The position numbers and the translations under genes are program-made. A model generated the notes under the pieces. It saw nothing but the letters and a program-made list of their open reading frames with translations, made no database searches and was not told the origin of the DNA. Positions 1 through 13,879 of a stretch of 64,000 nucleotides of DNA are shown one piece after another. The DNA is from Podarcis vaucheri. Its lineage: Eukaryota. Location: NCBI GenBank assembly GCA_965113315.1, contig OZ220364.1. One strand, 5' to 3'. Position 1 is the stretch's first letter, and every line of letters begins with the position of its first letter.

Positions 1-693
1 AAGCATAAGTGATAAGACTGAAAGGTCCCTGGGTCCTTTTCTGCAAGGACCTCGTTTATAGCTTAATTGAGGGGTTGTGTCTCTCTTGCTTAAGTGGCAA
101 TTCAGCCTTGAACAAGCAGATAAGGAAAGGAGTGGTTTAATGGGAATCCAATAGCCAGTAACCGGATAGGAGGAGGGGAAGAACAAAGCCTAAAGTCTGC
201 CTTGCTCTTGGCTCTAGCCATATTGCTATAGACATAAGACCTATCTGGTCCAGTGATCAGTTCTCACCGTGGCCAGCCAGGTGTCCAAGGGGAGCCCATA
301 AGCAGGGTCTGAGCACAAGAGCACTCTGCCCTACTGCACTTTCCAGCAACTGCTATTCAGAAGCATGCCGCATGCCACCTCTCACTGAGGAGGTAGAACA
401 TACCCATCAGGGTTAGTAGCCCCCAATAATCTTATCCTATGAGAATTTGACTCATCCTCTTGTGAAGCCATCCAAGCTGCTGGTGACCCTCCCCCCCCCA
501 CTGTCTTTGTGGGACAACGTTCCATAATTTAGCCAGGGGCTGTGTGAAGTATTTTCTTTCATCAGTCCTGAATTGTCCAACGTTCAACTTTATTAGACGT
601 CCAAAAATGAACAGCCTTATTTACTAATTTCACAGAATTTATACACTGCTTGATTGTACAAAAACAAACAAACTCAAATAGAATAATACGGAA

Positions 694-957
694 TGTTAAG
701 TTCTGGGTGAACATATCAGACAAAACAGCGATTCCTCAAACAGCTCGTGTTTATTCACAGGCCAGAACAGAACTGAACTGAAGGCTTCAGCCAGCCTGCT
801 TATATACAGCTCCACTAGAATGCAACAGTAACCACTTTCTGTAACTACCCAATCACTGAACATCACTTTCAATCCCTTATTTGCATATGTGGACCTGAGT
901 GAAAACTATCTACAGAATCCCCCTGCTGGCCCAGGGTGAGAACTTCAGTACATAACA
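694..957 (-). mobile_element. Solo LTR
   Basis: TGTTA..TAACA termini, 5-bp TSD CGGAA/CAGAA, TATA and AATAAA on -. Confidence 0.65.
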
Positions 958-1001
958 CAGAATATATGACTGTGACCATTTTTGCCCCAATGTGTACAGT
1001 A

Positions 1002-1243
1002 CACTGATACCTTGGAAGCCGAATGCCTTGGCTCCTGAACAAATTGGCTCCCGAACAATCGAAACCCGGAAGTGAGTGTTCTGGTTTTTGAATGATTTTC
1101 AAAAGCTGAACATCCAGTGTAGCTTCCAATAGGCTGCAGGATGCTCCTGCAGCCAATCAGAAGCCGCGCTTTGGTTTTCGAACGGTTCCGGGAGTCGAAC
1201 AGACTCCTGGAACGCATTCTGTTTGAGAACCAAAGTACGATTG
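1002..1243. mobile_element. Tc1/mariner-type MITE, older family
   Basis: Degenerate TIRs (CACTGATACCTTGG / CCAAAGTACGATTG) with TA flanks. Confidence 0.55.
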
Positions 1244-1455
1244 TACTTACATTTGCCATTTTCTGTTTCTCCATGCCATGCAAAACTATATAAACTTTAT
1301 CATGTTGCTGCTTTCTCACCTTTTCTCTGAACTAAGAAGTCCCAAATTCTTCACCCTTTTTTCACCAGGGAGTCACTTCATCCCCTTGGTCATTTCAGTT
1401 GACAGCAACCAAGTGCAGCAACCACATTTTGAGGTTGGTGAAGTGATATACACAT

Positions 1456-2168
1456 ATATGTTGCCATCATTCTAAAGATGACCCCACACCCATAAGACCA
1501 CTAAGTCCACATAACAGTATTGCCGCATGGCCTGCTGAAAAGTCCTGTGATTGTTCTCATTGGCTTGACTGCATCACATTTGGGTCTTGAATCTGCGAGC
1601 CAGGCTTCATTGCTGTTATTTCATTCATTTCCCCCATAATCATCTAAAAATAGTAAGGTGGCATACTGGTCATGATTCAAAGGGTTTAAGAAGACACAAA
1701 AACAAAACCCACTGCTGTCCTACACCTGATCTTGTTATCAAGGTCATGGAGTACACAAAGGATTGAATTGCCATCTGCGATCTATAATTTCATAAGAAGA
1801 TAAGGAAGGTGATTGGGGCCTTCCATGTGTGTAACTCATAATAGCATGGGCCACGATTCCACAGAAAAGAGCACACCATGTTCTCCAGGGTTTGGCAAAC
1901 ACCAGCACTTGCCAGTGGATGCTGATTGTAGAACACATCAGCCAGGAGAATTTGCACTTCCAATGTGAGTTTCCTCAGATGCAATAACATGTCAGCCAGA
2001 CAATAGCACTCAAAGAAGACATGGAGCAGAGTTTGTGTAGGGTGTGTCCTCTGATGTCATCCCAGTCTCCAGGTGGTGCAAGACTCAAGGGGTTCCAGAT
2101 GCTTTCCCCTTTGGGTTTGCATTTCCTTTTGGAAATGAGGCACAGTGGAGACTGGTATCTTTATGATA
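1456..2168 (+). repeat. Copy 1 of a local direct duplication (copy 2 at ~4125-4850)
   Basis: Long colinear similarity, e.g. TGATCTTGTTATCAAGGTCATGGAGTAC..GGGCCACGATTCCACAGAAAAGAGCACACCATG. Confidence 0.9.
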
Positions 2169-3095
2169 GAATAGAATCATAGAATCATAGAATCATAGAG
2201 TTGGAATAGACCACAAGGGCCATCGAGTCCAACCCCCTGCCAAGCAGGAAACACCATCAGAGCACTCCTGACATATGGTTGTCAAGCCTCTGCTTAAAGA
2301 CCTCCAAAGTCGGAGACTCCACCACACTCCTTGGCAGCAAATTCCACTGTCGAACAGCTCTTACTGTCAGGAAGTTCTTCCTAATGTTTAGGTGGAATCT
2401 TCTTTCTTGTAGTTTGGATCCATTGCTCCGTGTCCGCTTCTCTGGAGCAGCAGAAAACAACCTTTCTCCCTCCTCTATATGACATCCTTTTATATATTTG
2501 AACATGGCTATTATATCACCCCTTAACCTCCTCTTCTCCAGGCTAAACATGCCCAGCTCCCTTAGCCGTTCCTCATAAGGCATCGTTTCCAGGCCTTTGA
2601 CCATTTTGGTTGCCCTCCTCTGGACACGTTCCACTTTGTCAGTGTCCTTCTTGAACTGTGGTGCCCAGAACTGGACACAGTACTCCAGGTGAGGTCTGAC
2701 CAGAGCAGAATACAGTGGCACTATTACTTCCCTTGATCTAGATGCTATACTCCTATTGATGCAGCCCAGAATTGCATTGGCTTTTTTAGCTGCCGCATCA
2801 CACTGCTGGCTCATGTCAAGTTTGTGGTCAACCAAGACTCCTAGATCCTTTTCACATGTACTGCTCTCAAGCCAGGTGTCCCCCATCTTGTATTTGTGCC
2901 TCTCATTTTTTTTGCCCAAGTGCAATACTTTACATTTCTCCCTGTTAAAGTTCATCTTGTTTGTTTTGGCCCAGTTCTCTAATCTGTCAAGGTCGTTTTG
3001 AAGTGTGATCCTGTCCTCTGGGGTGTTAGCCACCCCTCCCAGTTTGGTGTCATCTGCAAATTTGATCAGGATGCCCTTGAGTCCATCATCCAAGT
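2168..3095 (-). mobile_element. CR1 LINE, 5'-truncated, young
   Basis: ORF 2257-3150 with KFADDTKLGG..LVRPHLEYCVQFW..; (ATTCTATG)n tail. Confidence 0.95.
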
Positions 3096-4124
3096 CTACA
3101 ATGGAGGGGTTCACAGTGTTAACACCCCAAAAAGATCCTGCTTCTCTCATAGCTGCAGCCTCGGATTCAAACAGATATCAAGCATCGCTCTCTAACCCTC
3201 TGCTTGCTGCTTTTCCCATAGCTTCTTAACATCACACAAAGTTTTGCCCTAAAAACTCAGGCTTTGTCTTTCTAACCATCTAAGAGCTGGAGGAGGGGCC
3301 CCACCCATTTGTCACCTGGCACAGAGCCCCTTTCCCTCTTTTGTTTTAATGGCCCTGGCAATCACCTCATGAGGAAGCTAGCCTGACGTATATTTGAACA
3401 CTCATTTTTATTTATTTGTTTGTTAAATTTGTATCCTGCCCTTCATCCAAAAATCCCAGGGCGGTTCACTACATAAAAATACAAGATGAAAAACACAAAA
3501 TACATAATAAAAGCAAGAGCAAAAGCAAAACAAACCACGGTTAGCCACTGTGAGAGCAGAGTGATGGAATAGATGAGCCTTTGGCTTGATCCTACAAGTC
3601 TATTACATTTTTAATGGTTGTGCACTAGATAAAAACTGCTTAGTAATGGAATTATGGAGATAAACAGAATTTTGGGAGACTGGTAGTTGGCTGGAGGCTG
3701 TGGAATAATTCTTTTGATACCTTAAACAGAATAACTGCAAGCAAAGCTAACTATATAAAGCAGGGATGAGGGTCCTAGGATGCAAAAACCATTGGCTCTG
3801 GCCAGCACTGCCAAAGGTCAGGAATGATGGGAGTTGTATCTGGAGGGCCATAGGTTTTGTGGTGTAAGAGGAGAGGCCAAAAAGAGGAAAGAGAATGGAC
3901 CAGAATTGTGGCACACAGAGACAAATAAAAACAGATGTTTTAATGACAGTGCCAAAACAGATATGAACAACATTCTCAACTCCCTGAGGAAAGCATGGCT
4001 CAGATTAGAAAAGCGTAGCACACAAGCTACTATCACTGCAATAAGACTTAAAACCAGTAGTTACAGAAGCAGCAGAAGCTAGATTTATAGGGATTAGAAG
4101 CCTGGCACCCACAAATTCATAACA

Positions 4125-4850
4125 ATATGTTGTCATCATTCTAAAGATGACTCCACCCCCATAAGACCATTAAGTTCACAATCTGAAATTTCCTAATGGC
4201 ATTGCTGCATGGGCTATATGAAGCACTGGAAAATCCCGTGATCGCTCTCATTGGCTTGGCTGTATCACATTTGCATCTTGAGTGTGTGACCCAAGCTTTA
4301 TTGTTGTCATTTAATTCATTTCCTACTGTAATAATCTAAAAATAACAAGGTGGCATGGCATGCTGTCCTCTGGTCATGATTCAGCAACAGAGAACTTAAC
4401 GAGACAAAAAACAAAAACAAAACCCCACCAGAGTCCAACATCTGATCTTGTTATCAAGGTCATGGAGTACATAAAGGATTGAATTGCCATCTGCGATCTA
4501 CAATTTCATAACAAGATAAGGAAGGTGATTGGGGCCTTCCATGTGTGTAACTCGTAATAGCATGGGCCACGATTCCACAGAAAAGAGCACACCATGTTCC
4601 CCAGGGTTTGGCAAACACCAGCACTTGCCAATGGTTGCTGATTGTAGGACACATCTGCCATGAGCATTTGCATTTCCAATGTGAGTCTCCTCAGATTCAA
4701 TAACAGATTCGGTAATGGATACTAGAACAGAGACTGGTATCTTTATATTATATGGTTTATTTATACACAGATGAGTTCAGATGCAAAAACATTTCAGCCA
4801 GACAACAGTACTAGAAGAGGACATGGAGCAGAATGTGTGAGGTGTGTTGT
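4125..4850 (+). repeat. Copy 2 of the local direct duplication
   Basis: See copy 1. Confidence 0.9.
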
Positions 4851-5333
4851 CTGGGGAGTGGCTGTGGCCTGAGGGGAGTCCTGAAGGAGAGTTAGAGATG
4901 CCTAAAGATCAGCTTTGGCCCCATGAGGCTGCCCACCTCTACCCTAGGCCTCTGAACCCAAAGAAGAAGCCTTCAGATTCTAGCATGTTCTACTGCACTC
5001 AAGTCCTGCTTGTGAGCTTCCCATTGACCTATGATTGGCCACTGTGAGATCAATATGCTGGACTAGATGGGCCTTTGGCCTGATCCAGCAGGGCTCTACT
5101 CATGAGGAGGAAAAGGGACAGAGAAGGAAGATGAGACTAATACAATTAAGGCACTCTGCTTCTGAATTCTCACTGGCTGATGTGAACATGCCCACACTGA
5201 TGGAGCAGAGACGGTGGTAGTCACCCAGTTACTGACTTTATGCTAATATTTCCAGTCACAATGATTTGTGGGGAGGAAGCACCTAGTCTTGCCATTCACT
5301 GCCTGATACCTGTGTCTAGAAGTGTGTTCCTCA

Positions 5334-5364
5334 ATAAATAAATAAATAAATAAATAAATAAATA
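5334..5364. repeat. (AATA)n microsatellite
   Basis: Direct reading. Confidence 0.9.
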
Positions 5365-5709
5365 GGGTACAGTTTATATCCTCAGTTCATAGTTCGTTTA
5401 TTTCCCACGGGTTATCCCAAGGAGACTTGGAAACAAAATGTTTTTAAAAGTATTTTTATTAAATGTTACCCATATAGCCCATATAACAAAATAGAATTTC
5501 CTGGAATAAACACATGAAACTAAACCAAATCAAACCAAGGCTGGCATTGGCTGTTATATTCATTCACAAGAAAAAAATGATAAAACTGGTTACACAGATA
5601 TTTGCAATGAGATACAGGCAGGTAAGTGCAGAGTAGCGTCATAAGAAAGGGGAGAACAGGTGTGTGGTGCCCATGACTTTCAGGATATACAAAAACTTAT
5701 ACCTATAGC

Positions 5710-5849
5710 CGGTGCTTTTTTTTTCTTCTTAAAAAAGGTTTCAGGGTACTCTCAATTTCCTACTTATATTGAAATACTTCCCCTCAATGAGGCCAAACTT
5801 AGACTCACAAAATGTTTAGGGGTATGCGTAGCCCCAGAAAAAAGCACTG
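5710..5849. mobile_element. hAT-type MITE, same family as 19062-19228
   Basis: TIR C.GTGCTTTTTT/AAAAAAGCACTG, degenerate 8-bp TSD CCTATAGC/CTCATAGC. Confidence 0.7.
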
Positions 5850-6947
5850 CTCATAGCTGAAACCATCAGAGGCACAAGGTGTACCAGAAATAAAAGGCTC
5901 CATATTACACCAAGGGGGAAAAAATCAACCTATTCAATGTTACTTATCCCACATTTCTTGAGAAACTTCTAGAAGGGCAAATGTACTGGTAAATTTTCTT
6001 TTTTTATTTATTCAATAACATCCCACAATTTAAAAAAACTACAATAAAATATTTAATTTAAAATGCAGCAGCTGTGTTTTCGTGGTTTTTTTTAAATGAG
6101 AACCAAAGAAAACAAAAAAAAAGTCTCCTTAAGGGGAGCGTCTATTTAGCTTTTCTGGAATTGCTAAGAATGGCAACAGAACACAGCACCAATCCATCTC
6201 TTAACAAGGAACAGAAAATACCTTATTTTATAAAGGTAGGCTGTAGTATAGGCAAATGAGAATGGTCATGCAGGATGGCCAAGTCTTTGGAGATGTAAAT
6301 AAGCAAAGAATAGTGATTGCTTTAAGGGGGGGACGCAAAGACAAAGCCAGTTCATAATGAATTCTGGGTAGCATAAAATCCACAAGGGGCTTTGGGTACA
6401 AAAAAGAAAGAGTATTGAGTTAAATCCCCGTTGCTAAGGGTCAAAGGGTTATTTGAGGAATTTTAATGATCAAGGCCAGAGTTTATCTGAAGTTTGTTGG
6501 ATGGTCAATCTATAATTGAAGGTCAAAAGCGTACCTGAAGTTTGGCTTATCAATTACTAGTCTAGAAATAATGGAATACATTTTGTGTAGGGAGTAAGCA
6601 AACATGACAAAATTGAGAGTCATAAAAGTTGAAACAAAACTCATCCCACCACCTGATATCCCCACCTCTGCAGGTGAGCTTTCATACAGAACTGGGTAAC
6701 ATTTTGGACTTAAACAAAAGCTCTCCTTTTAAAATTTGTAACAATAAATGTTTAAGAACTATTACTGTGTTAGATGCTTTAGATTTTAAGATTTATGTGT
6801 TATTAGAAGATGGATGTGTTCAACAATTCTAACTTGTTAGGACAAAACCTAAACGGAGTCTTGCTTTATGGCAAACAGGCAATGATCTGGATCAGAAATG
6901 GCCACCATTTTATTGATTACAGATATAGATGGATGTTTAGTGGTTTA

Positions 6948-7181
6948 GAGCCAGCGTGGTGTAGTGGTTAAGAGCAGTGGACTCGTAATCTGGGGAACCG
7001 GGTTATGTCCCCGCTCCTCCACATGCAGCTGCTGGGTGACCTTGGGCCAGTCACACCTCTCTGAAGTCTCAGCCTCACTCACCTCACAGAGTGTTTGTTA
7101 TGGGGGAGGAAGGGAAAGGAGAATGTTAGCCGCTTTGAGACTCCTTAGGGTTGTGATAAAGCGGGATATAAAATCCAAACT
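6948..7181 (+). mobile_element. tRNA-derived squamate SINE (Squam3-like) ending in (CTT)n
   Basis: TGGTGTAGTGGTTAAGAGC A box, GGGTGACCTTGGGCCAGTCAC core. Confidence 0.75.
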
Positions 7182-7182
7182 A

Positions 7183-7237
7183 CTCCTCCTCCTCTTCTTC
7201 TTCTTCTTCTTCTTCTTCTTCTTCTTCTTCTTCTTCT
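7183..7237. repeat. (CTC)/(CTT)n microsatellite
   Basis: Direct reading. Confidence 0.95.
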
Positions 7238-7697
7238 CCTCCTTCTTTAGGATCAGAGTTTTCCATCTCCTAGATGGGTTACATTCCCATGTCAATGAGC
7301 CCCACCTGCCCCTCAGTTCCTTCTACAGCATGTTCATGTGTCCATTATATCTAGGTTCTCTTCTCGGGTCAATGAGTCCATCAGCTTGCTCACCCCATGG
7401 CTCAGATCCAGGAAGCCTAACAGCCGTGCTTATGGCGAACGGAAACCCAGTGACCCAAGACGTAGTGCAGTCAACTTAACTGCAAGGGAGCCAAGGAGGG
7501 AGTGGTGTCTCAAAGATCACCGTCAGGTATTAATAGTGAGCAAAGGGGAGCACACAGTTAGAGAGCCGTCCGGCCACAGCACACATTGCCAATCCTGCTG
7601 CCTTTTATCACACATCAGGTAAGAGGGTGATTCTTGGGATTCCCTTTCTAGCATTCCCCAGGGAAGGGAAGGAGGAGCTACTGGTACAGACAGAATG

Positions 7698-7699
<2 letters not shown>

Positions 7700-7757
<58 letters not shown>
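7700..7757. repeat. Compound (GT)n(GA)n microsatellite
   Basis: Direct reading. Confidence 0.95.
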
Positions 7758-7760
<3 letters not shown>

Positions 7761-10644
7761 GCTGCCATCTGAATGCCACAGCTATGCTGTCCTCCTCACT
7801 ATACACATAAAATGCAAATTGTGAATATAACTAGTGTGGAAATTTGAAAACCTAGCTTTGGTTGCATACATGATATCTCTAAATTATATTTGGAGCACAT
7901 TTCCCCCCTCAAAGTATTCTGGACACTGTAGTTTACTGTTCACTGTAGTTTCCAATTCCTAGCAACCCTGAACAAACTACAATGCCCAGGATTCTTTGAA
8001 GGAGGTGGAAAATGTGCTTCAAATGCGCTTTATAGGTGCAGTGCTTATATAGCCTTATAGAGGTACGCTCAACAGGAAACTGGGATTGGCTGAAGCTGAA
8101 CACTTGGTGTAAAATCCAGTGAGCATGTTTAGTCCTGCTCATCGATCTGTTGGAGAGGGTTTGCCCCCTTAGTTCTCCCTCTCCTATCTCCTTTTTTTTT
8201 GGGGGGGGTTGTATTTCTTCAACCCAACTGCTTGAAGTTGCCCATCAGCAGTAAGTGCCTGCAAAGCAGACTGAGCAGGTGCACAGATCAGTCTTTATTC
8301 TGGGGTGAGGTGCATTGGGTTATTATTTAAATTATAATTCATCTATGTGTGTGTAGTGTTATAGGATGGGGCATGTGGTTTGAATGATATGTTTTGGTCC
8401 CTCCAGACCTGGGATTCTATATCTGTAAGATGGGAGTGTGTCATAGAAGGAACTGCTGAAAATGGCCAGACTAGTTTTTTTGTTACATTAATGGCCCTAA
8501 CCAAGCATGTTGAGCATCCTTTTTGCAAGAGTTGGTCCTTCCCACAGGCATCTGGCTGGCCACCGTGAGACCAAGATGCGGGACTAGATGAGCCTTTGGC
8601 TTGATCCATCAGGCTCTTCTTAGGTACCTAAGGCTAAGTACAGATGTGTTGCCATAGAAACAACTATCTAGTGATGCTTCCATAAGGAGGGGCTAGGTCT
8701 TCTTCCTCCCCTATCCCCCACCCTCACTTGGCTGGAGGCCAGGTCCAGGACAATAGGCCAGGGCAGGTTTCTCTTGTCTCAGCTAGGAAGGCACAGAGAC
8801 CTGACTTGCTCTCTGTGCTGAAACCAAAGCTATAGCTTTGGGACCCTCCCTGGAAACTTAATGGGGGAGCAAGATCTGTTGGAGAGTTAATGCTGTGAGC
8901 TCTTCCATCTTATGCGCAGCCTGCATAGATGTGTAAATAAAACCAATATACCAGTTTTCACTGACCTTCATTCCAAGGAAAGTGCGGGCACCCCGATGTC
9001 TCTCACCACTTAGAGATTTGGGTGCACATAACAATATTACCATATATAAATTTTATGCAAATTTGTGTCCTTTTATGGAGATGTCTAGGTGGACTCCTAA
9101 AATAATGACTGAATGTGCTCCCTTTCAGCACCCTACTCCCCCCAAAAAATATTATTTTCCCCAATAGCACCATGTCAGTATTTGTAGACTAGTAAAAAAA
9201 TTCTATGGTATAAATAAACTTGCCAGATGAATTGTCACGGCTGACCACAAGTACTTCTGTGAATTGTGATTTGATCCAGATGGCTGAGAATTCTATTACA
9301 TTTGGTGACCAAAAGACCTGCAGGCTTAAGAGCAATGTAAGGCTATCTCATGTTGGCTTAAGCTTGGGGAATTGGAAGCTAAGGATGATGCCATAAAAGA
9401 CGAGCAATGGTGTTGTGCACTGTCACAAATTGTGCTTGCTTACAGCTTACCTTCCACGCACCCACAAGTTCCTGTGGTCTTTGGGGTACAAATCCAAATA
9501 GGGAAGATGGGGTGCCTGGGACCACCAAAGATTCCCCACATTGTCCTGGTTCTATATTGCATTTTGTGGTATCAGAACCTTTCTCTGTTGTCAGAGAAAT
9601 CCTCCAGTGTAATTTTTTTGCTACATTTATCAGGGCCAAACTAGATATGGGGTCAAATACTCCTTTGCGTCAGAGGGCTTGTCCACACTTCTGCTTGTCC
9701 CATGCCTTAAAAGCACAGGGATGAGCGGTTTTCCCCTTTCCCCACTCTTTTCCCAGGGAAAACCTGCTCTTTAGCAATAAATTAAGAACAATCATCAATC
9801 TGAAGGAAACCCAAATTGCCATTTTTTTTTCTGACTGAGCACTGAAGAGCAGTTTCCCCAGGGGAACGCAACATGACAAGAGGAAGTGTGGATAAGGCCT
9901 AATCTGCATGTTTTTAAAAAGGGACTATCTTCCTTTGAGGGTGCTAATAATTAACAGGCTCAGAGCAGACACAAGGAGGGGATTTAGCCCCTTTCTCCAC
10001 TGCAGGGCTCTTAAGAAACCCCCTCTTCTGAAGCTGATATTTGCAATGGGAGTAAATCACCAAATCTCATTCATTACCAGTCTCCTCCCTCCCACTCTAG
10101 CTGGTGCTTTTTTCATTATTCAGACCCAGCGCATTGGATGGAAAATGCATTTAACGTGCCCTGCAGTTTCTCCTTGTAATAGTACCTAGTGGGGAGTCAT
10201 TACACATATCCTTGCGTGCCTGCCTTTATGTAGTGCAGTTCCACTTGCCTGTGTCCTCAAGTGCCCAGGGAGGTTTCCAAAATGGCTAATGCCTGCAGTC
10301 CAGAGTCTAACTTTAGGGCATTTCAAGTTATACCTTTTCACTTGCTCCTTCAGTCAACACCTAGACTTGTCCTTAAATGGCATCTAGTTGGCCAGGGAGG
10401 CATGTCCTTAATTGCATCCTCTTGAGGAGGAAATAAAATCTTAGTTAATGCCACCTTTATACCCAATTATAGAGCTCAGCTTGGAGGGACAAGGAGTTGT
10501 TAGAGAGAGGGGGCAGGGGCTAGCTAGGGCATTAACTGAGATAATTTTCTCATGAGTTTCTCTGCAAGGTAGTACAATGGCTATATGGCTGACTTGGTTT
10601 AAGTTTTAGTTTTGCTTTGTTTACTCCCAATGAAACAGATAGGC

Positions 10645-10840
10645 TGCAGGGCCTTCTCGGTAGTGGCACCCACCCTCCCTTCAGATGTGAAGGAAATAAG
10701 CAGCTATCCTATCTTTAAAAGACATCTGAAGGCAACCCTGTTTAGGGAAGTTTTTAATATTTAATGCTGTATTGTTTTTAACACTCGATTGGGAGTCACC
10801 CAGAGTGGCTGGGGAAACTCAGCCAGAAGGGCGGGGATAA

Positions 10841-10893
<53 letters not shown>

Positions 10894-11078
10894 CTGAAGG
10901 CAGCCCTTCTTAGGGAAGTTTTTAATGTTTGATGTTTTTAATATTCTATATACATATAATATTTAATATATTAATATTAAACATTAATATTTTAATGTTT
11001 CGTGTTTTTAATATTCTGTTGGGAGCCACCCAGAGTGGCTGGGGAAACCCAGCCAGATGGGCAGGGTATAAATATGTT

Positions 11079-11109
<31 letters not shown>

Positions 11110-11113
11110 TTGT
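10645..11113 (+). mobile_element. Two tandem 3' ends of an L2-like LINE with (ATT)n and (GTT)n tails; further copies at 17043-17220 and 41380-41530
   Basis: Shared AGGGAAGTTTTTAAT..CCCAGAGTGGCTGGGGAAAC.CAGCCAGA followed by microsatellite tails. Confidence 0.7.
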
Positions 11114-12638
11114 CATTCACACCATACATCTAAAGCACATTTCCTCTTGAAAAAGAGTTCCCATGACTCTTAGGGAGAGGTGCTTTAAATGTATGGTGTG
11201 TACACAGCCCTAGGATCACTACTAAGACTCATTACAAACAATCATTTCACAACACTTTTACGAGCAATAAAAATTTCGGCATAACAAGTCATATATGCTA
11301 TCAGAGTCTTCTTAAGTTATAACATTGTTAAATCATAAAACTAGCCCATAGGCTGCAAGATGAAGGTGTTAGCTTCTGTGCACCAATCTGAGTACCACAA
11401 TTAACAGAATACCCTTATGAATTCTCCATCGTGCGAGGAAAAAGCAGTCTCTTAAAAAGACAACTCTAGTGTCAAATCTTCCACTCTTTAGAGAGCCTGA
11501 TTCCTTTGTAAATATAAACAATGCTTTAAAAATATGCATTCAATTTCATATTGGAAATGTGCATCATCATTTTATAGTTCCCATAAAGTAAACCTCAGGT
11601 GGTTATAGATACTCAGCAGGGCAGGCCGTTCCAAGTCAGCCTATGCATGAAATGATAAAGGCATATAACGAGTTACTGAACTTTGTGCTGTTAATTAAAA
11701 ACATTATAAAAAATGTGCACGGCAGGGAATACTACTTGTACTCGCAAACTGCAGAGCAATAAATATGTTCTTAGCTGTGCTGCACCTAAAGGACTGCACA
11801 ACAGTTCTGAAGAGAAAACAACACTGCAGCCTCTTACATAGAAGCACATAAGAAACTACCCTATACTGAGGCAGACCTTTCATCCATCTAGGTCAGTATT
11901 GTCTGCTCTGACTGGTAGCAGGTCTCTGGGTTTCTGACCCTAACTCTACCTGGAGATGCCAGGCTTTGAACGTGGGACCTGATCTTCTGCCATTGAGCTA
12001 CAGCCCTTCTCCTACAGCAGCACCATCTTCATCTTCTGAAGATACTTGAATTTATATATGTACTGGATTTAAAACTGTTTCCATATATGTAATTGGTTGT
12101 ATATGTTTTATTCCTTCGAGATGTTTTGTACAATATGGTTAAAACAAGGGTAGGCTTTGCTGCCACAGACTTACCATTCAAACACTGAGTGCCCACACAG
12201 CAATTGTATATGAATGAATTAATATAATTGATATAACAGTAGGCAAGTAGGCATTCTAGATGCCTGATGTTTGGCCATTGCTGCCAGCCTATGATCTTTC
12301 TGGAGGCCGGGGGCCTTAAATCTGCCCAGAGGAAGACTTCCACTTTGTTCTGGCATGGGGAACCTCTTTGACTACAGCTCCAATAAGTCCAAGCCAGCAT
12401 GGCCAATGAGCTGGATGATGAAAGTTGTGGTTCAGCAACATCTGGAGGGCCACAATTTCCCCAATCCTTTCCCTTCCCTCCTCAAACTTCAGTTGCTGCT
12501 TTCTCCCTTAACACTTGTGCTGAACTATATGGGGTCATGCACCTGCTCTGTTTCGCAAGCATGCCAGCTCAGGAAATGGTCAGGCCTTCAGTAGCCTTCA
12601 GACATCCGATAACTGGTTATCAAATCGAATCAAATACC

Positions 12639-12975
12639 CCCCTTTTTTTTAGATGATCTTTATTGAATTTTTAGTTACATACTATACATACACATACATT
12701 ATGTTTCACATTTGTTCTTGGTCTCCCAAGCGAACTTTCCTCCTTCCTCCTTCCGGCTTTTTTATGTCATCTTTAACTTTTCGCATTGCCTTTGTCCATT
12801 TTATATATAATTGTTCTTCTTCAATTTTTTCCATAAAATGTCTGTAAACAAATAAATCTTTCTCTATATATGCAATTATTGTTGTCTGTCTATATTCATT
12901 TACAAATATTATTGGATAATAATATCAAAATGAATTATAAATGTATATTAGGACTATTGTTTAACAATATTTGCA
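12639..12975 (-). mobile_element. L1-type 3' UTR insertion
   Basis: AATAAA plus poly(A) on -, TSD AATCAAATACC at 12628-12638 and 12976-12986. Confidence 0.65.
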
Positions 12976-13728
12976 AATCAAATACCTTTATGGACATCGC
13001 AGTATAAAGCATTTCAGGTCACTGGGATAATTAAAAGGACAAGGGTGAAGCTGTCAAGGGTCATAAGGTCACATTGTGATCATGTGCACTTAGATATTCT
13101 GCTTCATCCTGTCTGTTCCCCAAAAGGATGGTTCATCGGGAACCCTTTCAGGTAAAATTGTGACTAAAAAGGAAGCCACTAAAACAGTTTGTCCCGATCT
13201 GCCAGGGGAAACCTCATTTGACTTCTCAGAGTTATAGGCCAGAGGTCCAACATTTTGCTCAGCATCAGATAACTGGTTATTAGCTTTATTTTAAAGAGGT
13301 TGTGTTATTTCATTCTTGTATGACAAGAGTTGCCCACAATTTCATATAACAGGAACCTCTATATTCCGTTTATGTTGTTCCTGGACTAGATGACCCTTGG
13401 GTCCCTTCCACACTTTACAATTCTATAATTCTACAATTCCTATTGTCCTGACCATTGACCATGTTGGCTGGAGTCTTTGGGTATTAAAGGCCCAAGTGTT
13501 GCGGCACTTAGGTGAAACAGCCCAGTGCTGTCACCACCACAGACGGGCCACAGGTTCCACATCCTTGGCCTATACTGTATTTATTTTAAATGCTCTATTC
13601 CCAGGCCCATTTAAAAGGAAATGTGTGGCAGAATCCAAGGTTGCAAAGTTCTCAGAGTGGCAGGTGGTCTTAATGGCCCTCTTGCTTCCTTCCCCTCTTC
13701 CTAGCCTCAGAGTGAGTCCATAAAGCAG

Positions 13729-13879
13729 GTGGCATTATTGCCAAGGAGATGAAAGAAAACGAAGATTCATGCCGCTCCAGGGCCAAGCATCATACATTGA
13801 CTGAGGCTGAACTAGAGACGATTGGCCTGAGAAATGAGGCTCCTTCAACCTCTCTCTCTACCAAGATCCAGAAGATAAG
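13729..13879 (+). CDS. SLC26A6: SLC26A6 first recognisable coding exon (ATG 13749; [26 protein letters not shown]...)
   Basis: CAG acceptor at 13728, AG|gtatga donor, phase matches next exon; [10 protein letters not shown] resembles the SLC26 N-terminal motif. Confidence 0.75.

Noticed and set aside
6950-7025. tRNA gene
   Set aside because: The A/B-box head continues into a SINE body; no cloverleaf
6964-7479. 171-aa ORF with poly-Phe
   Set aside because: Read-through of a SINE and a (CTT)n microsatellite
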